A DNA stretch of 64,000 bases, taken from the NCBI GenBank assembly GCA_039795225.1, contig JBDKEN010000001.1, positions 21,610-85,609 on the forward strand. Direction: 5' to 3'. Positions within the stretch are counted from its first letter, which is position 1; every line of letters starts with the position of its first letter. Below are positions 28,347 through 38,958 of the stretch, one piece after another. The notes below the pieces were generated by a model. That model saw nothing but the letters and a program-made list of their open reading frames with translations. It did no database searches and was not told the DNA's origin. This stretch comes from Bacteroidota bacterium (GTDB taxonomy: Bacteria; Bacteroidota; Ignavibacteria; Kapaibacteriales; Kapaibacteriaceae). The position numbers and the translations under genes are program-made.

Positions 28347-29083
28347 TGGCAGAGAATGACATGAAACCCGCGGGATCTGAAAAGAAAAGATCCGAGCGTG
28401 AGTTTCTCGCTGGCCCCCACTCTCGAATTCGTGAGTTTCTGTTCGTTGTGCGAGTGATGACGGAGTTCATCCGTGGATTCCGCATCCTGCACTTTGTCGG
28501 TCCATGCATCACTGTGTTTGGCTCGGCCCGCTTTAAGGAAGATCATCCCCACTATCAGCTCGCACGAGCCGTCGGAGCTCGCCTTGCGGAAATGGGCTTC
28601 ACCGTGATGACAGGAGGTGGTCCAGGCATCATGGAGGCAGCAAACCGCGGTGCCAAGGAAGCTGGTGGGACGAGCATCGGACTGAATATCGAACTCCCCT
28701 TTGAGCAGCATGCGAATCCATGGCTTGATGTCATGGTGATGTTCGAGCACTTTTTCGTCCGCAAAGTCATGCTGGTGAAGTATTCCCTCGGCTTCGTGGT
28801 GATGCCCGGTGGCTTTGGAACAATGGATGAACTCTTTGAAGCTATCACGCTCATCCAGACGAAGAAGATCACCAACTTCCCGATCGTCCTTATGGGCAAG
28901 GAATACTATGCCGAAGTTGTGGAGGCGATCAACAATCGCATGGTAAAGGAAGGAACGATCTCGAAGGAAGACCTCGACCTGTTTCTTGTGACGGACAGTA
29001 TCGACGAAATGGAAGACTTTCTCCGTGCTCGCGTCGTGAAGCGATTTGGCTTGAAGCAGCAACTCTTCATCCCACGCTCATGA
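28346..29083 (+). CDS. LOG-family (TIGR00730) protein, long form
   Basis: ITVFGSARF, TGGGPGIMEAANRGA and PGGFGTMDELFE are present. Confidence 0.8.
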   Translation: MAENDMKPAGSEKKRSEREFLAGPHSRIREFLFVVRVMTEFIRGFRILHFVGPCITVFGSARFKEDHPHYQLARAVGARLAEMGFTVMTGGGPGIMEAANRGAKEAGGTSIGLNIELPFEQHANPWLDVMVMFEHFFVRKVMLVKYSLGFVVMPGGFGTMDELFEAITLIQTKKITNFPIVLMGKEYYAEVVEAINNRMVKEGTISKEDLDLFLVTDSIDEMEDFLRARVVKRFGLKQQLFIPRS

Positions 29084-29652
29084 ACATCTGTGTCTACTGC
29101 GGATCCCGAGTTGGAGATCGTCCCGAATATTATGACGCGGCCGTCGCCGTTGGTCACGAGATCCTGCGTCGCGGCTGGGGCTTGGTCTACGGTGGTGGTG
29201 GCATCGGCCTGATGGGCGTCATTGCGCGGACCGTCTTTGAAGCTGGTGGACATGTCACAGGCATCATTCCAACGTTCCTTGCTACAAAAGAAATCGCCTT
29301 CTGGGAGTGCACTGAACTGCTCGAGGTACCTTCGATGCACATCCGAAAGCAGCTCATGATCGACCGATCAGACATGCTCCTTGCGATTCCCGGCGGACTT
29401 GGAACAATGGATGAACTCTTCGAGGCCCTCACATGGCGTCAGCTGGGCCTGCATGACCGACCGATTGGACTGCTAAACGCGCATGGCTTTTTCGACCCAC
29501 TGCTTGCAATGAATGCGCATATGGTTGCACGGGGCTTTGCAGATCAGAAGCATACTGATGCACTTGTGCACCATCACGACGTCAGTCCACTTTTTGACAT
29601 GCTTGCGTCATTAGCAAGCCATGGCCGATCACGACTTGATGGTCTCACATAG
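29080..29652 (+). CDS. LOG-family cytokinin riboside 5'-monophosphate phosphoribohydrolase-like protein, short form
   Basis: ICVYCGS, VYGGGGIGLMG and PGGLGTMDELFEALTWRQLG are present. The start overlaps the previous stop (ATGA). Confidence 0.85.
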   Translation: MNICVYCGSRVGDRPEYYDAAVAVGHEILRRGWGLVYGGGGIGLMGVIARTVFEAGGHVTGIIPTFLATKEIAFWECTELLEVPSMHIRKQLMIDRSDMLLAIPGGLGTMDELFEALTWRQLGLHDRPIGLLNAHGFFDPLLAMNAHMVARGFADQKHTDALVHHHDVSPLFDMLASLASHGRSRLDGLT

Positions 29653-29661
29653 GACCTGATA

Positions 29662-32600
29662 GTGCTTCGCGATCTTTTCTTTCAAAGCGCTACGCCAATC
29701 ATCCGGCTCGGCCGTACACGTCCACTCACGTCGGACGATGCTCCGCCCCTTCCCCCGGGGTTACGACCTGAGGAGGCATCAGCATCGTTTTCGACGCTTT
29801 CGACGCAGAGTTTCCGGCACTTTGTTCTGTCGGTTTTCTGGGCCACGGGCGGTCCTGCTCGTCGGGTCCTAACGATCATCACCATTCGCAACATTGTGAT
29901 GCTCGCAACCCCGGTGTTACTGCATAGCGTTCTATCGCAGCTTCCGAGCGTTTCCTCGTCTGTAGAATTTCCACGTGCCGCACTTGTCACGGCCATCGCA
30001 CTTGGCACCGTTGGTATCGTTGGTGCGCTGCTGAACCAGCATATGTTTTTCAATATGCTGCGTGGGTTTGCAACAATTGTCAACGGACTAAACGATCGCA
30101 TCGTTCACCATGCACTTCGACTGCGACGCTCCTCGCGATCACAGATGCAGACTGGAGATCTGGTCAATCACCTCTCCAGTGATACCGATGCTATGGCTGA
30201 GGCGATGTTCTTCATCCCGGAGTTCTACAACACGGCACTCGAGACGATTGTCGTCATGGCCATGCTTTGGTGGTATCTCGGACCGGCGTCGCTCGCATCA
30301 TTTGCGATGCTTGCGCTGATTGCCCCGCTTTCGATTGTTGTTGCTCGACGGTATCGTCGACTTGACCACGACCTGATGGAACTCCGAGATGAGCGTGTAA
30401 CGCTGATGTCGCAGATCCTCCAGGGAATTCGTGTCGTCAAGTTTCATGCGTGGGAACAGAGTGTTCGCGCCGAAGTTGTCGACGTGCGCCGACGTGAAGT
30501 TGGAACCAAGGTTCGCATCGTCCGCACCGATGCACTCAGCACGATGATCTTTGTGAGTACATCAACGCTCGTGGGATTCTCCGGTTTTGGTGCCTATGTG
30601 GCAATGGGAGGTGAGCTTACTACGCCGTTGATCTTTGCATGCTTAGCATTGTTTACAATGCTGGAAGAACCGTTTGGAGTGGTCAGCCATCTCCTTTCCA
30701 ACATGCAGCATGCTCGAGTGGCCACGGGTCGTCTTCATCGGTTCTTTACGGCATCTGTGCGTGATCATGATGAGCGGCCACCATCAGCCCCATCCCATCC
30801 CGTTGAACTCGTTGCCGAGAATTTATCGCTGACATATCCTGATGCAGAGGAGCCGAGTCTACACAGTCTGAACATGAGCATTGCTGCAGGTTCAAGCGTT
30901 GCCATCATCGGCTCTGTTGGGTCTGGAAAGAGCACACTCTTGCGCACGCTCACGGGGCTCCATGTTCCGTCGACCGGCACCGTACGCTATGCCAACATCC
31001 GTTCAGCAGAGCGTGCACGCATCGGCTATGTTCCGCAGGAGGCCTTCATCATGAATGCCTCGATACGAGAGAACATCACGTTTGGAGAGGACCTTGATCC
31101 GAACCATTTGCTCAAAGCGATCAGAATCTCAGCATTGGAGACGGATCTCACACTGATGTCAGCAGGGCTCGATACCGAGATCGGCGAGCGCGGGGTAAAC
31201 CTTTCCGGTGGCCAAAAGCAGCGAGTCTCCTTGGCTCGTGCAGCCTACTATCGTCCGGGTATCGTGATGCTCGACGACCCTCTGTCAGCTGTTGATGTTC
31301 ATACAGAGCGTGCTCTGGTCGACGATCTCCTCTTCGGCGAGTGGAGCACGATCACACGGATCGTTGTGACGCATCGGCTTGCACATTTGCATCGTTTTGA
31401 CACAATCGTGCTCATGGAACGTGGTGCCATCGTTGCCATGGGCTCATACGACGAGATACAGCATCATCCGGCGATGCGTGATCTTCTTCAGCATGAGCAC
31501 GCGGCCCTTCCCGAGCAGTCATCGCACGAGCTAGCATCCTCTCCGCAACAGACACAGCGCGAACTCTCCGCGGAGTCCTCGACAGCTTCGAATCGTCTGA
31601 CGGTAGATGAAGATCGCGTCACAGGAGCCGTAGGTGCTGACGTATACATCACCTATCTCCGAGCGATGATCGGCCGGGCGTGGACGGCCCCATTCCTCCT
31701 GCTTGCCTTGCTGGGATCGGTGATCCTGATCACGCTATTGCCGATGCTCCAAACCTCATGGCTCGGGTATTGGTCGGATGTCACCAATGGTCGCGATGGC
31801 ACTGGTCTGTGGTCATGGCTTGGACCTATCGTCGAGCATGGAGATCTTTCAGCACCAACAGCTATCACCATCTATGGTGTCCTTGGCATGGTCGTTCTCT
31901 CAGCATGGGCTGGCGAGCGACTCACCTGGCTTTCTCGCACGGCATCTGCAGCGCGAACAATACATGATGACGCACTCAGGGGAGTGCTCGCAGCACCATT
32001 GCGGTTCTTTGACAGCACACCGATGGGACGGATCTTGAATCGGTTTGCTCGTGATATGGAGGGCGTCGATGATCACCTCTCGTGGAACATCGAGCAGTCG
32101 TTCAAGTCCCTAACGCAGACGCTTGGTTCAATGCTCCTCATCATGAGCGTGCTGCCATTGATTATCGTCGTGATCATTCCTGTTTTCATCCTGTATTATC
32201 GTCTACAGCGAGATTATCGTCGCAGTGCGCGTGAAGCAAAGAGGCTCGAGTCAATTAGTCGTTCTTCTCGATACGCGCACTTCAAGGAGCTTGTTACGGG
32301 GCTCGACGTGATTCACGGATTTGCTCGCGAAGGGCATTTCATTGCAACACACCGGGCCATTCTTGGTCGATATCAGCGGGCGTATTGGTGCAGCATCATG
32401 CTGAATCGCTGGTTTTCAACTCGCGTGCCTCTCACGGGTGGACTCGTAGCCGTTGCTACCAGCATCTTGATCATCCTTGCGGCATGGAATGGAACAATCT
32501 CGCCTGGAGTTGCTGGACTTGTGATGACCTACGCAATCAGCTTCTGGGCCACACTTAACTGGACGATTCGAGCCTTCAGCGAAGTTGAATCACGGATGAC

Positions 32601-33363
32601 GTCGGTTGAACGACTCGAGACATTCGCCAAACTTCCAAGCGAGCCGCGCATCACCTCAGAGCCCCTTCTTGACGATCAATCATCGTGGCCTACAAAGGGG
32701 GCTCTGCAGATTGAGGACCTTCACGTTCGTTACGCCGAGCACTTACCGATGGTATTACATGGCGTTAGCTTCTCGGTCGAACCAGGTCAAAGTGTCGGTA
32801 TCGTCGGCAGAACCGGCTCAGGAAAGTCCACGCTATTTCAGTCACTCTTCCGCTTCGTCGAGCCTGCACACGGACGGATCTGCATTGACGGTGTTGATAT
32901 AACGTCGATCCCACTTGACCGATTACGGCGCAACATTGCGATCATCCCACAAGATCCAACACTGTTCATCGGAACAGTGCGGCGTAATCTTGATCGTTTC
33001 CAGGAATGTTCGGACGAGGCGATATGGGAGGCACTTCGCCGTGTTCAATTGTCGGATGTTATTCGCGACACTCCGGGTGGATTACATGCACCCGTTATTG
33101 AAGGTGGTGCCAATTTCTCCCAAGGTCAGCGGCAACTCCTTTGTCTGGCACGAGCAATTCTCATCCGTGCGCGAGTGATCGTCCTCGACGAGGCAACCGC
33201 AAGCGTCGATGTCCGGACGGACAATCTGATTCAGCGGACGATTCGCGAAGAGTTTCGAGATGTTACAGTGCTGACGATTGCGCATCGACTCGATACCGTG
33301 GCTGATGCAGACATGATCGTTGAACTCTCAGCTGGTCGTGTGGCGAAGATTACCAGACGTTAA
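29662..33363 (+). CDS. Full-length ABCC/MRP-like ABC exporter (TMD-NBD-TMD-NBD in one polypeptide)
   Basis: There are two sets of TM helices and two NBDs. NBD1 has GSVGSGKSTLL, LSGGQKQRVSLARA and MLDDPLSAVD. NBD2 has GRTGSGKSTLF, FSQGQRQLLCLARA and VLDEATASVD. The start is GTG, 9 nt after the LOG stop. Confidence 0.8.
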   Translation: MLRDLFFQSATPIIRLGRTRPLTSDDAPPLPPGLRPEEASASFSTLSTQSFRHFVLSVFWATGGPARRVLTIITIRNIVMLATPVLLHSVLSQLPSVSSSVEFPRAALVTAIALGTVGIVGALLNQHMFFNMLRGFATIVNGLNDRIVHHALRLRRSSRSQMQTGDLVNHLSSDTDAMAEAMFFIPEFYNTALETIVVMAMLWWYLGPASLASFAMLALIAPLSIVVARRYRRLDHDLMELRDERVTLMSQILQGIRVVKFHAWEQSVRAEVVDVRRREVGTKVRIVRTDALSTMIFVSTSTLVGFSGFGAYVAMGGELTTPLIFACLALFTMLEEPFGVVSHLLSNMQHARVATGRLHRFFTASVRDHDERPPSAPSHPVELVAENLSLTYPDAEEPSLHSLNMSIAAGSSVAIIGSVGSGKSTLLRTLTGLHVPSTGTVRYANIRSAERARIGYVPQEAFIMNASIRENITFGEDLDPNHLLKAIRISALETDLTLMSAGLDTEIGERGVNLSGGQKQRVSLARAAYYRPGIVMLDDPLSAVDVHTERALVDDLLFGEWSTITRIVVTHRLAHLHRFDTIVLMERGAIVAMGSYDEIQHHPAMRDLLQHEHAALPEQSSHELASSPQQTQRELSAESSTASNRLTVDEDRVTGAVGADVYITYLRAMIGRAWTAPFLLLALLGSVILITLLPMLQTSWLGYWSDVTNGRDGTGLWSWLGPIVEHGDLSAPTAITIYGVLGMVVLSAWAGERLTWLSRTASAARTIHDDALRGVLAAPLRFFDSTPMGRILNRFARDMEGVDDHLSWNIEQSFKSLTQTLGSMLLIMSVLPLIIVVIIPVFILYYRLQRDYRRSAREAKRLESISRSSRYAHFKELVTGLDVIHGFAREGHFIATHRAILGRYQRAYWCSIMLNRWFSTRVPLTGGLVAVATSILIILAAWNGTISPGVAGLVMTYAISFWATLNWTIRAFSEVESRMTSVERLETFAKLPSEPRITSEPLLDDQSSWPTKGALQIEDLHVRYAEHLPMVLHGVSFSVEPGQSVGIVGRTGSGKSTLFQSLFRFVEPAHGRICIDGVDITSIPLDRLRRNIAIIPQDPTLFIGTVRRNLDRFQECSDEAIWEALRRVQLSDVIRDTPGGLHAPVIEGGANFSQGQRQLLCLARAILIRARVIVLDEATASVDVRTDNLIQRTIREEFRDVTVLTIAHRLDTVADADMIVELSAGRVAKITRR

Positions 33364-34369
33364 CTTCACGCTCCAGCTGGATATCAAAACGTTCGGCGAC
33401 GCTTTGCTGAATGCGTTGCGATAGAGCGATGATTTCCTCTCCGCGCGCAGCACCATGGTTCACCAGCACAAGTGCCTGACGATCATGAACGCCGGCATCA
33501 CCTTGGCGAGCCCCCTTCCAACCACATTGATCGATAAGCCAGGCAGCAGCAAGCTTGACGCGGCCATCTGTCTGAGGGTACATCGGTACATCAGCATGTG
33601 CACTCTGCAAACGGGCAGCAACCTCGGTTGTAACAACAGGATTCTTGAAGAACGAACCCGTATTGCCGATTTGCGCCGGATCAGGAAGCTTGCGTCGTCG
33701 CACAGCGACGACTGCATGCATGATATCAACGATGGACGGCGTAGTCACGGACATCGCTGCGAGCTCATCACGAACATCGCGATAGTCGGCTGCGATACGA
33801 GGCTCGAGGCTGAGTCGATATGTCACAGACGTGATAATCATGCGATCACGATACGCATGCTTGAAGATGCTTTCTCGATATCCAAAGGCGCAATTCTCGG
33901 GCATGCATCGCACAAGTTCCCCCGTCTCGCGATCGAGTGCTTCACATTCTTCAAAGATGGATGCCTGCTCAACGCCATACGCACCGATATTCTGCATCGG
34001 AGCTGCACCAACCGTCCCTGGAATCAGCGCCATGTTTTCCATCCCGCCCCATCCCTGCGATACGGTCCACTCGACGACGTCATGCCAGATTTCGCCGGCA
34101 CCAAGACGCACGTGTACAACAGCATCATCGATACAGACGGCACGCTCACGAATCCGCATCGCAATGACCAGACCGTCAATGCGATCGGATGTAGGCACGA
34201 TGTTACTTCCTCCACCGAGGATATGGACCTTCCAGGCATTAACCGAAGCAAGATGCAGTGCTGCGCGAAGCGCTTCAACTGAGGATACCTCGATGAAATG
34301 CTCTGCCGTGGTGTGGCAGTGCATGGTCATCATTGACGAAAGATCGATATCGTGCTGTACGTCAAGCAT
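33350..34369 (-). CDS. murB: UDP-N-acetylenolpyruvoylglucosamine reductase
   Basis: The FAD-binding region ILGGGSNIV, plus GAGE.W, NIGAYG and GSFFKNP, are MurB motifs. Confidence 0.85.
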   Translation of the reverse strand: MLDVQHDIDLSSMMTMHCHTTAEHFIEVSSVEALRAALHLASVNAWKVHILGGGSNIVPTSDRIDGLVIAMRIRERAVCIDDAVVHVRLGAGEIWHDVVEWTVSQGWGGMENMALIPGTVGAAPMQNIGAYGVEQASIFEECEALDRETGELVRCMPENCAFGYRESIFKHAYRDRMIITSVTYRLSLEPRIAADYRDVRDELAAMSVTTPSIVDIMHAVVAVRRRKLPDPAQIGNTGSFFKNPVVTTEVAARLQSAHADVPMYPQTDGRVKLAAAWLIDQCGWKGARQGDAGVHDRQALVLVNHGAARGEEIIALSQRIQQSVAERFDIQLEREVNVW

Positions 34370-34375
34370 CTCTTC

Positions 34376-37300
34376 CTAGCGTACAATGATAACGGGACAA
34401 TGCTGCACGTGATGCTCGCTTCGGAGCACAAGTTGATAGAGACCTGATGGAAGATCCGATACATCAACACGCACATCTGTTCCTGTCGCCTCAATATTCC
34501 GCATCGTTTGCCCCTGCATACTCAGAAGCTGGACCAACGTGCCAGGGCGAATAGTATCGAGATGCAGTGCCTCATGCACGAGCTGTGGCATCGCCGAGAC
34601 ATTGCCATCGGTAGAACTCACGGATGTTGTACCGAGCTCCCACCAAAACGTTGTACCCTTCTCAAACTGACGTGACGGGGTTACCCTGAGCCGGACCGTG
34701 CCAAGATTATCGAATGCGGCCCGCGCCTCGAGAATGCTGCCATTTGTTGCTGATCGCACAACCTGATTATCGAGAACGTCATGGCCACGTAGACCGACAA
34801 CAACATCGACCGGCTCCGGAATCGGTATTTCGGTGTCATAGCTCATGGAGATGTCGCCACGCTCATACAATCGTACCTGCATTGAGAGTCGACCCAGGTT
34901 CACGACACCGCCTTGATAGTAGTCGTACGAAAGAAGTGTCATGCCCCTCCACTCAACTACGATACTGCGATCGGGAGCCGTCCCCTCGACGGTCCAGCAG
35001 ATCCGTGCACCATTGGGGGCATTCGTATCCAGCGTCATATCGAACGCAAACGGAGCGATGATCACGTCTGCATCATTCCACATTGAGAGTGGAGCCCGCG
35101 CCCACGCTGGCAAGGGGCGAGCACCAAAGCTCACGAAACCATTCGTATGGATGAACATCGTGTCAAGTGTCCGATCGAGGATGCCGACAGTAAATGGCAG
35201 TGCAACCGGCGTTACGATGCGACCAAACTGCGACAGGTCCCGCACAATTGTTGGATTGTCAAGTGGACGATACGTTCCTTGCTCGCTTCGAAAACGATAC
35301 TGACGCGCAAGGAGGGGACGCCGACGTTCCTGAACGGTAACAACCGTAGCTGTTTCGTCATACATCGGCAGAAGATACCCCGGTGCTGATGCCGGCGCAT
35401 AGATTTGTGTATCAATCTGCGGCACGACATCGAATGAGCTTGATGCGCGAACATCCTCAATCACGGCAATGCCATCAGCATCTGTTTCACCCTTGAACAC
35501 CGTCGAGGATCCATACTCTGATACTTCATACCGAATATTGGGACTACGTCGCTGTTGGGGCATCGATGACCGTGCATAGGTAGTGGTTGCGAACGCAATT
35601 GTCGATGTCAACTTTGGAAGTACGGAAACCGAGTTCAACGATGCCGACTGTTGAGCGCCGTCGCCGGAAAGATCGAGGCGCACGGTGGTTGGTTCGAAGC
35701 GACGTCCGACTGCACTGGGCACGATGATGGTTCTGCCGAGTGGAAGGACTCGACGAACACGGACAGAGGTTTGCCCCTGTTCGGGGAATGGCATCGGCAC
35801 AACGGCGAGAACGCCCGGCAATCGGTCGCTAAAGATGTTGAGTATCGTTGCCGTCGTATCACCGCCATTATGAACGATGACATCGACGATCTGTCCTTTT
35901 GTTACCCAGATGTCTTTTCGTTCCAGTGTATCAGCTACTGCAACTCCGAGAGAGAAAGCATCTTCACCGACCTGCGCAGGATAGATAGTATAGGGGCCAT
36001 CGATATCAATGCTATACAAGCCTCGTCCCAATCCCGTAAATGTCCACGCTCCGTCGGCCGCAGTGGACACAATCGTATCTCCTGCAGGTTGTGGTGTGCC
36101 ACGGTATATCTCGTCATTAACGGCGCGGATCTTCAAGGTCACACCAGAAAGGGGCTGTTGTGTCTCGGCATCTCGAATCGTCCCGGTAATGGCGCTCGCA
36201 CGCGTCGCACTCTGCCCTCCAACACACGGACGATTTTGCAGGTACTCGCGCAGCACCAATCGGTGCATCGGATGAAACTCCAGGACGTCGTTTGAAGCGG
36301 GATCTCCTGTTGCCGCACAGTATGACATGATCGTGCCGCGGCTCGGCTTCACGTCATCACCCGAGAAGCATGTTCCCGATTCCGCCGTCACACAACTATC
36401 GAGCGCACCACCGGGCCAGTAGCAGCTATGCGTATGGATACCACCGCAGAGGTGACCCAGCTCGTGCGAAATGACAGAGACGTTCCACGACCATTGCGGA
36501 AAGGCCGTTGCTTCGGTATCGATATCGACAGCACAGTACGATCCGTCCTCGTCACAGAGACCACCAATGGTGGCGGCAATTCCACCAGCTGTTTCACGCG
36601 ATGTGATGAACAGTGCCGCATCTCGCTCTACAGTCTTCATGGTCGTTTGATAAACGTCGACAAAGGTGTCGAGAAGCGAGAAGACATCTTGCTGGGTTGG
36701 ATATGGGTCATTGGGAACATCCCATAACCGAAGGTTGGTGATGAGCACCTTGGTACGGAGCTCAGTTTCGTAGACCATGGCTACAGCCGCGAGATTAACC
36801 GCAATCCAGAGCCGTGCATCATCAACACCGCCAGCTGCGCGGACTGCATCATTGTCGACTTCAACCGCTAGCTGCAGCGTTAGCGTATCATTTGCAGCTG
36901 TTGCTTCTATCGTCTTGCTACCTGCCTGACGCAACGCCTGATGCGCAGCATCACTGATCTTCTCTGGATCGGTCTTGCATCCACGACTCGCGCTCGATGT
37001 CGGTGCGAATCGCAATTGTAGGGAGTTCGACGTATCACGGACAATCGTGGCACGATGTCCACTCTGCTGCGTTAGCCCCATTACGGCTCCGCGCCGATCG
37101 AGAGCAATGATCGTCCAGTCACTCCCAGCAGGCCCAGGCAACGTGCGGTAGAGCACGACATCCTGGGCAAGGGGCGACACATGTTCTGCCCCATCCGTCA
37201 CCACAACATTCTTTGCCCATGGGGATGTCCACGCAACACGCTCTAGCTTCGTGTGAATACGCCGACCGTTCGGATGCTGCACCGCAAGCGCTAATAATCT

Positions 37301-37438
37301 TGGGTGTTCACCGAAAACTCGCTGAACAGCTTGCGGCGTTGCATTATCGACGAGTTGCGGCAGTCCTTGAGCCGAGACCGCAACTGACGTTATCACGGCA
37401 GCAACAGCACAAACCTTGAGCACATGGTAAAGGGTCAT
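34376..37438 (-). CDS. Secreted metzincin zinc metalloprotease (reprolysin-like) with Ig-like domains and a T9SS C-terminal sorting domain
   Basis: HELGHLCGGIHTH matches HExxHxxGxxH. The signal peptide is MTLYHVLKVCAVAAVITSVAVSAQG. A carboxypeptidase-regulatory-like segment is ITGTIRDAETQQPLSGVTL. The C-terminus is LPSGLYQLVLRSEHHVQHCPVIIVR. A start at 37438 avoids overlap with fumC. Confidence 0.7.
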   Translation of the reverse strand: MTLYHVLKVCAVAAVITSVAVSAQGLPQLVDNATPQAVQRVFGEHPRLLALAVQHPNGRRIHTKLERVAWTSPWAKNVVVTDGAEHVSPLAQDVVLYRTLPGPAGSDWTIIALDRRGAVMGLTQQSGHRATIVRDTSNSLQLRFAPTSSASRGCKTDPEKISDAAHQALRQAGSKTIEATAANDTLTLQLAVEVDNDAVRAAGGVDDARLWIAVNLAAVAMVYETELRTKVLITNLRLWDVPNDPYPTQQDVFSLLDTFVDVYQTTMKTVERDAALFITSRETAGGIAATIGGLCDEDGSYCAVDIDTEATAFPQWSWNVSVISHELGHLCGGIHTHSCYWPGGALDSCVTAESGTCFSGDDVKPSRGTIMSYCAATGDPASNDVLEFHPMHRLVLREYLQNRPCVGGQSATRASAITGTIRDAETQQPLSGVTLKIRAVNDEIYRGTPQPAGDTIVSTAADGAWTFTGLGRGLYSIDIDGPYTIYPAQVGEDAFSLGVAVADTLERKDIWVTKGQIVDVIVHNGGDTTATILNIFSDRLPGVLAVVPMPFPEQGQTSVRVRRVLPLGRTIIVPSAVGRRFEPTTVRLDLSGDGAQQSASLNSVSVLPKLTSTIAFATTTYARSSMPQQRRSPNIRYEVSEYGSSTVFKGETDADGIAVIEDVRASSSFDVVPQIDTQIYAPASAPGYLLPMYDETATVVTVQERRRPLLARQYRFRSEQGTYRPLDNPTIVRDLSQFGRIVTPVALPFTVGILDRTLDTMFIHTNGFVSFGARPLPAWARAPLSMWNDADVIIAPFAFDMTLDTNAPNGARICWTVEGTAPDRSIVVEWRGMTLLSYDYYQGGVVNLGRLSMQVRLYERGDISMSYDTEIPIPEPVDVVVGLRGHDVLDNQVVRSATNGSILEARAAFDNLGTVRLRVTPSRQFEKGTTFWWELGTTSVSSTDGNVSAMPQLVHEALHLDTIRPGTLVQLLSMQGQTMRNIEATGTDVRVDVSDLPSGLYQLVLRSEHHVQHCPVIIVR

Positions 37439-37475
37439 TGTCGTCCTCGGTGAATGCGACCGGAGGCTAGCCCCC

Positions 37476-38867
37476 TTACAAACTCGGCCCGAGCATATCC
37501 TCTGGTCGCACCCACGCATCGAACTGCTCTTCGGTGAGCAAGCCGAGGGCCAGTGCTTCCTGCTTGAGTGTCGTCCCATTCTTGTGCGCAGTCTTCGCAA
37601 TCTTGGCAGCGTTATCATAGCCAATGTGTGGATTGAGCGCCGTCACAAGCATGAGGGTATTGCGATTGTAGTAATCCAAGCGCTCAACATTTGGCGTAAT
37701 ACCAACAGCACAATGCTCGTTGAACATCGTACAGGTATCTGTAAGGAGCCGCGTGCTCTGCAATACGTTATAGATGATCACGGGCTTGAATACATTCAGT
37801 TCGAAGTTCCCGGAAGCACCACCAATGTTCACGGCAACGTCGTTACCCATTACCTGAGCAGCGACCATTGTCATGGCTTCACTCTGCGTTGGGTTCACCT
37901 TACCGGGCATGATTGATGAGCCTGGTTCGTTTTCAGGGATTGATATTTCGCCGAGGCCGCAGCGTGGACCCGATGACATCCAACGAATGTCGTTGGCAAT
38001 CTTCATAAGCGATGCTGCGAGCGTCTTGAGCGCGCCGTGAAGGAAGACTAATGCATCGTGTGCTGCGAGCGACTCGAACTTGTTTGGTGCCGACACAAAG
38101 GGCAGTCCGGTAAGCTCAGCAATCTTCGCTGCCGAGCGAACGGCAAACTCTGGATGCGTATTGAGTCCAGTACCAACGGCGGTGCCACCAAGGGCAAGCT
38201 CGTATACGCCGCTCATGGCAGCATGCATGCGTGCAAGGTCGTTCGTCAATGCTTGCGCATAGCCCGAGAACTCCTGACCGAGCGTGATTGGCGTAGCATC
38301 CATCAGGTGCGTACGACCGCTCTTGATCAGATCCTTAAACTCTTCAGACTTTGCTGCGAGCGTGTCACGCAGCTCGGTCACGGCAGGCACAAGACGCGAC
38401 GTCACACTGATTGCCGCTGCGATGTGCATCGCTGTTGGGAAGGTGTCGTTGGAGCTTTGCGACTTGTTAACATCGTCATTCGGATGAACGGGCTTCTTCG
38501 AGCCAAGCTCGCCCCCAGCCATCTCAATGGCACGGTTGGCAATCACCTCGTTCACGTTCATGTTGGTCTGTGTGCCCGAACCGGTCTGCCAGACACTCAG
38601 CGGAAAATGCTCAAACAGCTTGCCGTCGATCACCTCGTCACATGCCTTGACGATGAGATCCTTGGTCTCAGCCTTCAGCACACCGAGGTCAGCGTTCACC
38701 ATAGCGGCGGCCTTCTTGAGAATGGCCATCCCCTGGATGACTTCACGAGGCATGCGTTCTTCACCGATTGCGAAGTGGATTAACGACCTTGCGGTTTGTG
38801 CCCCGTAGTATGCTGTGGATGGAACGGCGATCTCGCCCATCGTGTCGCGTTCAATGCGTGTGCTCAT
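37476..38867 (-). CDS. fumC: Fumarate hydratase, class II
   Basis: It has the signature [16 protein letters not shown] and [14 protein letters not shown]. At 463 aa it is full length. Confidence 0.9.
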   Translation of the reverse strand: MSTRIERDTMGEIAVPSTAYYGAQTARSLIHFAIGEERMPREVIQGMAILKKAAAMVNADLGVLKAETKDLIVKACDEVIDGKLFEHFPLSVWQTGSGTQTNMNVNEVIANRAIEMAGGELGSKKPVHPNDDVNKSQSSNDTFPTAMHIAAAISVTSRLVPAVTELRDTLAAKSEEFKDLIKSGRTHLMDATPITLGQEFSGYAQALTNDLARMHAAMSGVYELALGGTAVGTGLNTHPEFAVRSAAKIAELTGLPFVSAPNKFESLAAHDALVFLHGALKTLAASLMKIANDIRWMSSGPRCGLGEISIPENEPGSSIMPGKVNPTQSEAMTMVAAQVMGNDVAVNIGGASGNFELNVFKPVIIYNVLQSTRLLTDTCTMFNEHCAVGITPNVERLDYYNRNTLMLVTALNPHIGYDNAAKIAKTAHKNGTTLKQEALALGLLTEEQFDAWVRPEDMLGPSL

Positions 38868-38958
38868 GACGTGTAATCGTGATGAAGTGATGTGATAGAC
38901 AATGATGTAATGATGCGGTTATCAAGGGACCGGACAGTGCAAAACTACGTCAAGGGGC

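Noticed and set aside
28262-29062. Long ORFs antisense to well-supported genes. The set is 28262-29062, 33455-34282, 33831-34379, 14647-15429, 15742-16581, 38058-38783, 13660-14346, 45431-46093, 45774-46472, 49643-50230, 53904-54506, 9347-9982, 5953-6471 and 19742-20203.
   Set aside because: Each lies opposite a gene with clear family motifs, and their products are low-complexity and rich in R, S, P, A or C. This is the expected antisense-ORF background in GC-rich DNA.
37439-37475. The GGGGGCTAGCCTCC near-palindrome after fumC as an intrinsic terminator.
   Set aside because: The stem is only 5 bp and includes a G-U pair. No U-tract follows. An SD-like GAGGA for the next gene comes right after it, so read-through into the metzincin gene is more likely.
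38868-38958. A possible degenerate heptamer array (GATG/ATCA-rich) between the TolC-like stop and the fumC start.
   Set aside because: The spacing of the recurring ATCA/TGAT words is 5-11 bp rather than 7-periodic, and there is no similarity to the TTSGTAM family.
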